Below, piece by piece: positions 56,653 through 64,000 of a DNA stretch of 64,000 nucleotides. Origin of the DNA: PVC group bacterium. Its GTDB lineage: Bacteria; Omnitrophota; Gorgyraeia; B26-G9. The stretch is taken from assembly GCA_024231215.1 (NCBI GenBank), contig JAAEQR010000142.1, positions 228,593 through 292,592 on the forward strand. Direction: 5' to 3'. Position numbers and translations under genes: made by a program. The notes beneath the pieces are model-generated. The model had not been told where the DNA came from. It did no database searches and saw only the letters and a list, made by a program, of their open reading frames with translations. Within the stretch, counting starts at the first letter, position 1. Every line of letters starts with the position of its first letter.

Positions 56653-57629
56653 ATATTTCCAAATCTTTTCGGCACGACAAATCTATCAATCAAAGGCGTT
56701 GCCGCGTTCATAATTAAAATTGAATAAGAAACACCTTCCGGATAACCACCCCATAAACGAATAATACCGGTTATAATTCCGCAGCCAATCCCAAAAATCA
56801 ATTGTCCTTTTTTAGTAATCGGTCCGGTCACATAATCAGTCGCCATATAAAAAGCTCCCATGATCAGTCCCCCGGAAAGAATATGCATTAGAAAATCACC
56901 GTTAAAAAACCCTTCACCGGCAAAAACCCAGGCAAATACAGCAACTGTAGTTATATAACTCAACGGGGTATGCCAGGAAATATACTTTTTGTATATTAAA
57001 AAAGCTGCGCCTAAAATCAAGGCCAGAACACAGGCCTCTCCAATACATCCGCCCCTAAATCCGAGGAATAAATCCCGATAAGAAAAATTTATCATTTCAC
57101 CGGCAGACAACATATTATTCTGACTAAATCCATCTTTAAAAATCGCTAGAGGAGTCGGCGCGGTTACTGCATCAACATTTAACGGTGCCGGCCATCTGGT
57201 CATAAGTACAGGAAAACTGGCCATCAAAAACACTCTACCAATTAAAGCTGGGTTAAAAATATTAAATCCCAGTCCCCCAAAAACTATCTTTCCAAATAAA
57301 ATAGCCACAAAACTACCCAGAAAAGCGAGCCACAAAGGCGATTGTGGCGGCACATTATAGGCTACCAGCAATCCGGTCAAAACAGCACTACCGTCACTAA
57401 CAGTTAATGCCTTTTTCTGTACTGTACAACAGCACCATTCAGTAGCAACCGCCCCTAAGATCGCGCTTAAGATTATCCACAACGTAGATAGCCCGAAAAT
57501 ATATATACTCATAAAACCTGAGGGCAATAGACAGAAAAATACTGTCCACATAATCTTAGTCGTAGTCTCCCCGGAATGTATATGGGGAGAACTAGACACT
57601 TTTAGGTTAATTCCAGCTATTTTACTCAT
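56649..57629 (-). CDS. rnfD: Rnf complex subunit D (NqrB family)
   Basis: Start MSKIAGINL. Polytopic. [10 protein letters not shown]-type motif. Confidence 0.85.
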   Translation of the reverse strand: MSKIAGINLKVSSSPHIHSGETTTKIMWTVFFCLLPSGFMSIYIFGLSTLWIILSAILGAVATEWCCCTVQKKALTVSDGSAVLTGLLVAYNVPPQSPLWLAFLGSFVAILFGKIVFGGLGFNIFNPALIGRVFLMASFPVLMTRWPAPLNVDAVTAPTPLAIFKDGFSQNNMLSAGEMINFSYRDLFLGFRGGCIGEACVLALILGAAFLIYKKYISWHTPLSYITTVAVFAWVFAGEGFFNGDFLMHILSGGLIMGAFYMATDYVTGPITKKGQLIFGIGCGIITGIIRLWGGYPEGVSYSILIMNAATPLIDRFVVPKRFGNM

Positions 57630-58924
57630 TTCAATACTGCCTTTATTAATCGGATATACTCTACAATACGTCGTTGTGCCGGACATACATATGTACATGC
57701 ACCGCATTCCATACAATCAAAAGGGGTATATTTAGAAGCCCTCTCAAAACGTTCATTTTCACCGCAAATACTCAAGGCATACGGCAACATATTCATAGGG
57801 CATACATCTATGCAGCGTCCGCAACGAATACATGGCTGTTCATTTTTCTTTTCCAGCTCATCTTCTGAAAAAATTAATATTCCAGAAGTACCTTTAATAA
57901 CCGGAACATCCTCGCTGCACTGAGCCAGGCCCATCATCGGCCCTCCCATAATGATCTTGGCTGGAACTTGAGTCGTTCCTCCACAATAAGCAATAAGTTC
58001 TGAAAATTTTGTCCCTACGCGTACCCTCAAATTGGCTGGTTCTTTTACAATCTTGCCAGTAACCGTAACTACACGTTCGTAAAGTGGTTTGCCATCGTAT
58101 ATAGCCTCATAGACAGCCAGCACTGTACCAACATTACTAACAACCACTCCCACATCCAAAGGAAGCTTGCCTGCGGGAACTTCCCTATCTACAATCGCTT
58201 TAATTAATTGCTTTTCCGCACCTTGCGGATATTTAGCTTTTAAAGGAACTACTGTTATCGGCAGCTTCATCTGGACTATTTTATTACGCATAGCCCTGAT
58301 CGCCTCTGGTTTATCTTCTTCTATTCCAATATATACTGCCTCTGTTTGGAGTATTTTTTTGAGAATTAAAACCCCTCTTAGAATATCTTTTGTCTTCTCC
58401 AGCATCAGCCTAAAATCGCAGGTCAAATAAGGTTCACATTCAACCCCGTTTATAATCAGGGTATCTATCTGTTTAGGTGGGCTCAATTTAACATGCGTGG
58501 GAAAAGCCGCTCCTCCTAAGCCCACAATACCTGTTTCTTTAACAATTTCCCGCAATTTATCGTTAGACAAGGATTCAACGTTCTGACGTGACTTAATAGA
58601 GCTGTCCAACTCATCATTGCCATCAGAATCAACCACTACTGATTGACAGCGACCGATCACCGGATGATTATATTCAGCAATCTTACTAACTGTGCCGGAA
58701 ATACTGGAATGAATACAGCTGGATATAAATCCCGTACTCTCACCGATTTTCTGTCCTGTTTTAACCTTATCTCCTTGTTTGACTATAAGTTGAGAGTTTT
58801 TACCGGTATGTTGACTTAACGGAATTATTACCTGAGAAGGTAACGGCAAGCTAACTATTTGCTTATCTTTACTAAAATCTTTAAATCCATGTATATGTTT
58901 CCCACCTGGAAACGTCTGTAGCAT
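57626..58924 (-). CDS. rnfC: Rnf complex subunit C
   Basis: NADH/FMN-binding RnfC fold. Two C-terminal 4Fe-4S motifs (CIRCGRCIDVCP; CMECGACTYVCP). Confidence 0.85.
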   Translation of the reverse strand: MLQTFPGGKHIHGFKDFSKDKQIVSLPLPSQVIIPLSQHTGKNSQLIVKQGDKVKTGQKIGESTGFISSCIHSSISGTVSKIAEYNHPVIGRCQSVVVDSDGNDELDSSIKSRQNVESLSNDKLREIVKETGIVGLGGAAFPTHVKLSPPKQIDTLIINGVECEPYLTCDFRLMLEKTKDILRGVLILKKILQTEAVYIGIEEDKPEAIRAMRNKIVQMKLPITVVPLKAKYPQGAEKQLIKAIVDREVPAGKLPLDVGVVVSNVGTVLAVYEAIYDGKPLYERVVTVTGKIVKEPANLRVRVGTKFSELIAYCGGTTQVPAKIIMGGPMMGLAQCSEDVPVIKGTSGILIFSEDELEKKNEQPCIRCGRCIDVCPMNMLPYALSICGENERFERASKYTPFDCMECGACTYVCPAQRRIVEYIRLIKAVLK

Positions 58925-59016
58925 ACTATATTCCTCTGTTTAAAGTGATGTTTATTGTCATTTATACTACCATAAATCATTATAATTGCAAACAACTTTT
59001 ATTAACAAATTATATT

Positions 59017-59045
59017 GACACTATTTTTCGATTATGCTATAGTTA
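59017..59045 (+). promoter_or_regulatory. Candidate sigma70 promoter for cheC-like gene (TTGACA-17-TATAGT)
   Basis: ttgaca ctatttttcgattatgc tatagt, about 75 nt upstream of the MTHEKL start. Confidence 0.4.
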
Positions 59046-59118
59046 AAAAAGCCATAAGTATCTTTAAAATAGAATCTTTCATACTCGCAGTGGGGATAAG
59101 AAGGTCTTCAAACTTTAT

Positions 59119-59737
59119 GACACACGAAAAGTTGGCATTAAGTGATATCCATATTGATATGCTCAAAGAAGTTGGGCATATTTGCACAGGTAACGCAACG
59201 ATAGCTCTTGCGCAAGTTGTTAAACAAACCGTCGATTTAACAATACCTGACCTCAAAATAGTCCCTGCAAACCAAGCATCAACCATCTTCGGCAATATGC
59301 ATGATGTTTTAGTCGGAGTAAACATAGAACTCTTAGGCAAATTATCCGGAAATATTGTGCTTATGTTCCCGGAAAAAAGTGCTTATGGCATAGTTGACGG
59401 TGTCACCGAAGAACATGATGACTTAGAAAGATCAACGGAATTTGGGGTATCTATACTAAAAGAAATTGGAAATATTGTAATTTCTGCATACTTAGCTACC
59501 TTGGCTACCTTTACAAAAACAGTCATACTACATTCCATTCCCAGCCTTACTTGCGGCACTCTGGAAACAATCCTTAACGTTGCCTTTAAACAAGCCTTTG
59601 ATACTACTGAAGAAGTTGTTATTATTGAAACTTTCTTCTCTATCGCGAAAAAAGACGTTAAAGGAATTTTTTACCTGATGTTTGAACCTAAAGTATTGCG
59701 AAAAGTTCTGGATGCAAATAAGCAGAACCTGGAATAA
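59119..59737 (+). CDS. CheC/CheX/FliY-family chemotaxis phosphatase-like protein
   Basis: LSDIHIDMLKEVGHICTGNATIALAQVV resembles the CheC consensus. A second repeat has ILKEIGNIVISAYLATLA. The likely start is MTHEKL, preceded by AAGAAGG. Confidence 0.6.
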
Positions 59738-59764
59738 TCAATAAACCTTCAAAAAGGTACATTA

Positions 59765-59941
59765 ATGAAATTAGAATGTTGCGAAAAATGCCAATTTTAC
59801 TGGACATGTGAACTTAAATGGTACCGTGGTGAACGACAGGAATCAAACACCTGCTGTGAACGGTGCGATTATTATGGAGAATGTGTTAAGAAAACTAAAC
59901 CAACTAATTCACGTGCCACCAAGGCAAAATCTGTAATATAG
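59765..59941 (+). CDS. Possible 58-aa Cys-rich small protein with internal CCExC-x5/6-C duplication
   Basis: Reads MKLECCEKCQFYWTCELKWYRGERQESNTCCERCDYYGECVKKTKPTNSRATKAKSVI. It is below the 60-aa ORF-track cut-off. Weak Shine-Dalgarno. Coordinates are +/-2 nt and the frame needs computational confirmation. Confidence 0.25.
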   Translation: MKLECCEKCQFYWTCELKWYRGERQESNTCCERCDYYGECVKKTKPTNSRATKAKSVI

Positions 59942-59945
59942 CTAT

Positions 59946-61145
59946 TTAAACAACTTTTCTTTCCTTAAGTTTCTTGAAATTAATTCCTGAATTTTCCCCA
60001 GGCAAGCATTCAACCGGATCCCCTAAAAGAAATTTACCTTTTTTAATCCATTGTTTAAGCACATCACAAATCTGTCTAGCTTTAAAATAACTGGAAAGTC
60101 CTGCCGTCGGAATACTTTTACCTCGCAGGTGAATAGTTCCGGATCTTAAATCTTTGTAGTTAACTTGAGCAATTATATTTTGTTTGCCATCCGGATAATC
60201 TTTGCTATAGTCAACAATAGAAGCCTTGATATCTTCGTCTTTAACTGTAACGTATCGTAGCATTTCCTGATCAATAATCGGAATCGGAACTCCGATGCCA
60301 ACCGCTAGGCTCACACCATAACCCTGCAGACTTGCCGCTCTGAGCCACTCAGGACTCATCGCCTTCATATCTCCGTTCACTGCAAGCGTACCTGCCGGAA
60401 CAAGTGGAACACCGCCTTTAGTTCTCTTTACTGTAGTCGTATGCTGTGTCCCTTGACTAAATACATAGCCAACTCCACCACCCAGGAATATTCTCGTACC
60501 AATACCAATCGTTCGGAAATGAGGATCATTTAAAAGCGGGGAAAGTTGTCCGGCACTACAATAATTAGCATTACCAAGTTTTGGCCTCAAAACCCCCATA
60601 TAAGTATATTTCGTCTTATTTGAAAGATTTACACCCACATTATAATTTTGATAACAATTCCGTGGGTTCATCAACAATGCTTCATTCATATCAGCTAAAT
60701 TAATCCAGGTATCGAGTTCTTTTCGGGGATAACAATCAGTTCCATAGCCAATAGCTTTTAATCGCACATCTTTACCAGACACTAACTCTTCAATAACATG
60801 CCCTCCGCCATATTTAAACTCCCCCGGATAATTAAGATTAGCCGGAGCACTCTCAGGTAATTCAGTTGCTCCGATAAGCATATCCACAGCCGCTAAACCA
60901 CAATAACACGGCACATCATTTATCCAAGCCTTAGTTATCTTCATTTTAGGCTTAGAATGCCCGATATTAAACAGTGCCATGGAAGAGCACATCGGGCCAA
61001 AAGTCCCGGTTGTCACCACATCCACATAATCAGCTGTTTTCTTAATACCCTTTCGCTTAACGATCTCCAAGATTTCTTCTTTTGTAACAACTACCGCTTT
61101 CTTCTTTTTAATCTTAGCATTTATTTCAGCAATAGTTTTAGCCAT
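59946..61145 (-). CDS. COG1900/DUF39-like protein (putative sulfide-dependent homocysteine biosynthesis enzyme)
   Basis: 399 aa. The N-terminus (MAKTIAEINAKIKKKKAVVVTKEEIL) and conserved Cys-containing segments (GTFGPMCSS, PCYCG) recall DUF39. Assignment is from memory of the family. Confidence 0.45.
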   Translation of the reverse strand: MAKTIAEINAKIKKKKAVVVTKEEILEIVKRKGIKKTADYVDVVTTGTFGPMCSSMALFNIGHSKPKMKITKAWINDVPCYCGLAAVDMLIGATELPESAPANLNYPGEFKYGGGHVIEELVSGKDVRLKAIGYGTDCYPRKELDTWINLADMNEALLMNPRNCYQNYNVGVNLSNKTKYTYMGVLRPKLGNANYCSAGQLSPLLNDPHFRTIGIGTRIFLGGGVGYVFSQGTQHTTTVKRTKGGVPLVPAGTLAVNGDMKAMSPEWLRAASLQGYGVSLAVGIGVPIPIIDQEMLRYVTVKDEDIKASIVDYSKDYPDGKQNIIAQVNYKDLRSGTIHLRGKSIPTAGLSSYFKARQICDVLKQWIKKGKFLLGDPVECLPGENSGINFKKLKERKVV

Positions 61146-61206
61146 TTACATCCTCCAAATATTTTTTACTTCGTGTTATTGTATTATAGCTCTTTGGATT
61201 TACAAT

Positions 61207-62037
61207 CTATTCCCACTCAGACTTTCCCCATTCCGTCCGAAATTTATCTCCCGCCATCTTATGCGCAGCAAGATTAGAATGTCTCTCCTTCTGATGCCAG
61301 TAATTCACATATGATAAAATCTGGTACGCAGCCCACTGCCAAGCCATCATAAAACCAATAACTCCGTCTTTATATCCTCTTTTCTGGATAAACATTTTAA
61401 AAAACCGGGAAAAAGCTCTAATCATCGCAATTTTAAAATTCATCTTTCGTTTATCCCGATACCACTTTTTCCCTTCCAATACACTTTGCACATTCATTTT
61501 GTCAACAACATTGGACATACTGCTATAACAATAATGCACTATATCCCCGCTTAGCCGACCTTCTTTTCCATCCAAAAAAGCACGCGGATGAATTTCCGCG
61601 TCTTCATAACGAAATTTACTTTTTTTAAAAATCTTTATCCGGCTCGCCGGATACCAGCCCCCATATCTAATCCAATAATGTCCGGCAAAGATACTTTTCA
61701 TCGCGACAGAAAACGCATCACAGTCTGTTCCCTGTTCTAAAAATTCAGTTATTTGTTCTTTTAATTTTTTGCTTACACGTTCATCCGGGTCTAATGTTAA
61801 TACCCATTCGTTTTTCGCCCGGGCATAACCACGATTGCGTATTGATCCTTCCAAATCCCAGGTATCTGGATAAATCGCGTCGGTATATACACGCGCATAA
61901 TCAAGTGTTTTATCCGTAGAGCCGTTATCAACAATAACGATTTCATCTGCCCATTTAACCGATTCCAAACAATCTTTAATATTAAATTGCACATTTCTGG
62001 TGATCACGACCACACTTATCGGTAGTTTCTTATCCAT
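61207..62037 (-). CDS. Family 2 glycosyltransferase (LPS core type)
   Basis: ISVVVITRN start. DNGSTD and DxD (DPDE) motifs. Confidence 0.75.
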   Translation of the reverse strand: MDKKLPISVVVITRNVQFNIKDCLESVKWADEIVIVDNGSTDKTLDYARVYTDAIYPDTWDLEGSIRNRGYARAKNEWVLTLDPDERVSKKLKEQITEFLEQGTDCDAFSVAMKSIFAGHYWIRYGGWYPASRIKIFKKSKFRYEDAEIHPRAFLDGKEGRLSGDIVHYCYSSMSNVVDKMNVQSVLEGKKWYRDKRKMNFKIAMIRAFSRFFKMFIQKRGYKDGVIGFMMAWQWAAYQILSYVNYWHQKERHSNLAAHKMAGDKFRTEWGKSEWE

Positions 62038-62077
62038 ATCCTACTCCTTTTATTCTAATACGGTGATTTATAATTTG

Positions 62078-63187
62078 CTATTTATCATTCCGAAGGTATT
62101 CCATGCAATCCTCAAAAACGTCTTCCGGAGTAATGCGAGATAAACATTCCCGGTAAACATTGCGGGTACATTTAAACCGGCAAGGAGAACAAGCCATCTG
62201 CTTATACAAAATAATATTTTTAGACCCTATAGGCGAAAATTTACGCGGTGTAGTAGGTCCAAAAATTGTAGCGCTAAGTGATCCCAAACAACTAGCCAGA
62301 TGCATTCCACCGCTGTCATTGCCAATCGCAATTTCACACCTCTGGAGCAATGCTGCACTATTTAACAGTTCTTCGGAAAAAGAAATATCTTTTTCCGCGG
62401 GAATAAGTGCCTCTGTTTTCATCCTATCTGAGATTTCTCTTAATAGTTCTATTTCCTTGGCATTTCCTAATAGAATAGTCTTATACCCCTTTGCTGCCAA
62501 TAAATCAGCCAACTTAGCGAAATATTCCGGCATCCAGTTTTTAAACTGCATACCGCAACTGGGCAAAATTCCCACAAACTTTCCCGTAAAATCAGCCAAG
62601 AACCGATCTGTTTTTGTTTTATATTCTACCGGGATATCAATCTTATTATCTGTTAACTCAAAATCCTGGATACCTAAACGTGCCGGTAAAGTAAGCAGTT
62701 GTTCTAAAATATGCATTTTTTTATATTCAAGCTTCGGCATCGGCCAATCCGAAAGAAAAGGACTGCCACTGAGCATATATTTAGAACCTAAATTTTTAAG
62801 CCAAAAACTTGTCTCCCAACGCCGCTGAGTATCAATTAATAAGTCAATTTTTCCCTTCAATTGATTTTTGAACGCAAAGTGTTGTTTCAAACCTTTGCCC
62901 TTATTTACACGTTCATAATGTATATATTCATCAATATCTGAAATTGATTTAAAAATTTCCTCAAAACGAGGATAGATAGTTCCCATATAACTTATCCTGG
63001 CTTGGGGAAAATGCTGTTTCAACGCCCTAAACAACGGAATCCCTACCACCAGATCCCCTAATCCGCCACCGCCTTTATATACAGCAATATTTTTTATGCG
63101 CGAAGCAATTTTAAGATATATCTGCTGTTGTTTATATTGCTGAAAATCTTTTCTATTTAAAAATTCAAATTTCAATCCACTATTCAT
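62078..63187 (-). CDS. ADP-heptose:LPS heptosyltransferase (GT9)
   Basis: GT9 N-terminal motif (VYKGGGGLGDLVVGIPLFRAL). C-terminal GNDSGGMHLA. Extra C-terminal Cys cluster. Confidence 0.8.
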   Translation of the reverse strand: MNSGLKFEFLNRKDFQQYKQQQIYLKIASRIKNIAVYKGGGGLGDLVVGIPLFRALKQHFPQARISYMGTIYPRFEEIFKSISDIDEYIHYERVNKGKGLKQHFAFKNQLKGKIDLLIDTQRRWETSFWLKNLGSKYMLSGSPFLSDWPMPKLEYKKMHILEQLLTLPARLGIQDFELTDNKIDIPVEYKTKTDRFLADFTGKFVGILPSCGMQFKNWMPEYFAKLADLLAAKGYKTILLGNAKEIELLREISDRMKTEALIPAEKDISFSEELLNSAALLQRCEIAIGNDSGGMHLASCLGSLSATIFGPTTPRKFSPIGSKNIILYKQMACSPCRFKCTRNVYRECLSRITPEDVFEDCMEYLRNDK

Positions 63188-63210
63188 AATATTCTTATCT
63201 TACACCATTA

Positions 63211-64000
63211 TTATAGATAAAAGCAACTTACCCGATGTCCGGGGGCTATTTCTCTAAGCTCAGGTTTTGAATTCCAGCATTGTGGCTGCACCTGCAAACA
63301 CTTATTAGCAAACGGACATCCCAACGATAAATCATGACCTGTGTCTTCTTTATCTTTTTTTATATACTTATTTTTATCTTGTCTAAGCGAACGATCTAAA
63401 GACGGCATACTAGCCAAAAGTAGTTTTGTGTATGGATGTCTCGGATTCTTATATAATTCCTCGCTCTCTGCCTGCTCCATAATCCGACCGCGATACATTA
63501 CCGCAACCCTATCACTGATATAACGCACTACATTTAGATTATGCGCAATAAAAAGATAACTTAATTTATATTTATCCTGCAAAGAAGTCAATAAATTAAG
63601 CACTTGAGCCTGGGTTGATAAATCCAACGAAGACACTGGCTCATCCAATACAAGCAACTCTGGAGAAGTTGCCAATGCACGCGCAATCCCAACTCTCTGC
63701 CGTTCTCCACCACTTAACTGATGCGGAAGTCTTTCAAGATGCCTTTCATTTAAACCTACCTGCACCACCAAATCCCTAACTCTCTCTTCTGCCTCCTTTT
63801 TTCCAGTTTTAAATACCTGCAATGGTTCAGCAATAATATTTTGCACTGTAAGTCTTGGAGAAAGACTGCTGTAAGGATCCTGAAAAACAATCTGTATCTT
63901 TTGACGTAATGGACGAAATTCTTTTTCCGCTAGATTTGTTATATTATTACCGGCAAAGAACACATCCCCGGAACTAGGATCAAGTAACTTGATAATCATC
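63211..64000 (-). CDS. Oligopeptide/dipeptide-type ABC transporter ATP-binding protein (OppF/DppF-like); its N-terminal part lies beyond the window edge
   Basis: LSGGERQRVGIARAL signature and Walker B LLVLDEP. OppD/F-type C-terminal extension (NPRHPYTKLLL). The ORF runs off the 3' window edge. Confidence 0.8.
   Translation of the reverse strand, partial: MIIKLLDPSSGDVFFAGNNITNLAEKEFRPLRQKIQIVFQDPYSSLSPRLTVQNIIAEPLQVFKTGKKEAEERVRDLVVQVGLNERHLERLPHQLSGGERQRVGIARALATSPELLVLDEPVSSLDLSTQAQVLNLLTSLQDKYKLSYLFIAHNLNVVRYISDRVAVMYRGRIMEQAESEELYKNPRHPYTKLLLASMPSLDRSLRQDKNKYIKKDKEDTGHDLSLGCPFANKCLQVQPQCWNSKPELREIAPGHRVSCFYL

Noticed and set aside
59015-59118. Longer CheC-like start (MTLFFDYAIVKK...)
   Set aside because: That start would lie inside the predicted -35/-10 promoter. 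The family alignment begins at MTHEKL, which has an upstream AAGAAGG.
62160-62828. 222-aa plus-strand ORF inside the heptosyltransferase gene
   Set aside because: It is antisense to a well-supported GT9 gene, its composition is low-complexity and Ser/Leu-rich, and it has no Shine-Dalgarno. It is a typical shadow ORF. The same applies to the other plus-strand ORFs overlapping minus-strand genes, such as 34841-35368, 5147-5563 and 1191-1541.
1-64000. CRISPR arrays, IS elements, integrases, toxin-antitoxin pairs
   Set aside because: No regularly spaced repeat-spacer arrays are present. No transposase or integrase ORFs are present. All intergenic regions longer than 150 bp were inspected individually.

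Overview
This is an AT-rich, gene-dense window (about 38-40% GC, my estimate) from a diderm bacterium, with almost every gene on the minus strand. Diderm evidence: a secretin, an LPS heptosyltransferase, gmhB and an outer-membrane beta-barrel protein.

Positions 1-23.9 kb hold a large type IVa pilus locus. It opens with the end of a rimP-nusA operon, then pilQ, pilP, pilO, a fused pilMN, a TM-GAF-GGDEF diguanylate cyclase and a small HTH gene. Next come two tandem major pilins with a sigma54-type promoter, then pilR and pilS. After those sit a disordered membrane protein, a 912-aa PilX_N-domain putative tip protein and two minor pilins. The cluster continues with pilC, two tandem PilB-type ATPases, a standalone tandem-MshEN-motif protein, pilT, a single-domain REC and a second pilT/pilU.

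The most interesting element is a sequence-perfect c-di-GMP-I (GEMM) riboswitch core with a terminator/antiterminator expression platform, in the 5' leader of the minor-pilin operon. With the in-operon GGDEF enzyme and the MshEN-type receptor candidates, it points to a multi-layer c-di-GMP-controlled pilus system.

Downstream lie a radical SAM enzyme, a PAS histidine kinase, rodA-mrdA-mreDCB, aroA, truA, asd, leuBDC, a GNAT, a NIL-ferredoxin, gmhB, comEC, the outer-membrane beta-barrel gene, comEA and leuS. These are followed by tRNA-Ala(GGC), an nfeD-nfeD-floA flotillin operon, and tRNA-Leu(CAA) with a 21-bp direct repeat of its 3' end 134 bp downstream (an att-like scar). The window ends with a minimal rnfC-rnfD-rnfB cluster, cheC, a DUF39/COG1900-like gene, GT2 and GT9 LPS-core glycosyltransferases and a partial OppF/DppF-type ABC ATPase.

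I saw no CRISPR array, integrase or transposase. Coordinates of non-ORF features were counted by hand and may be off by 1-2 nt.
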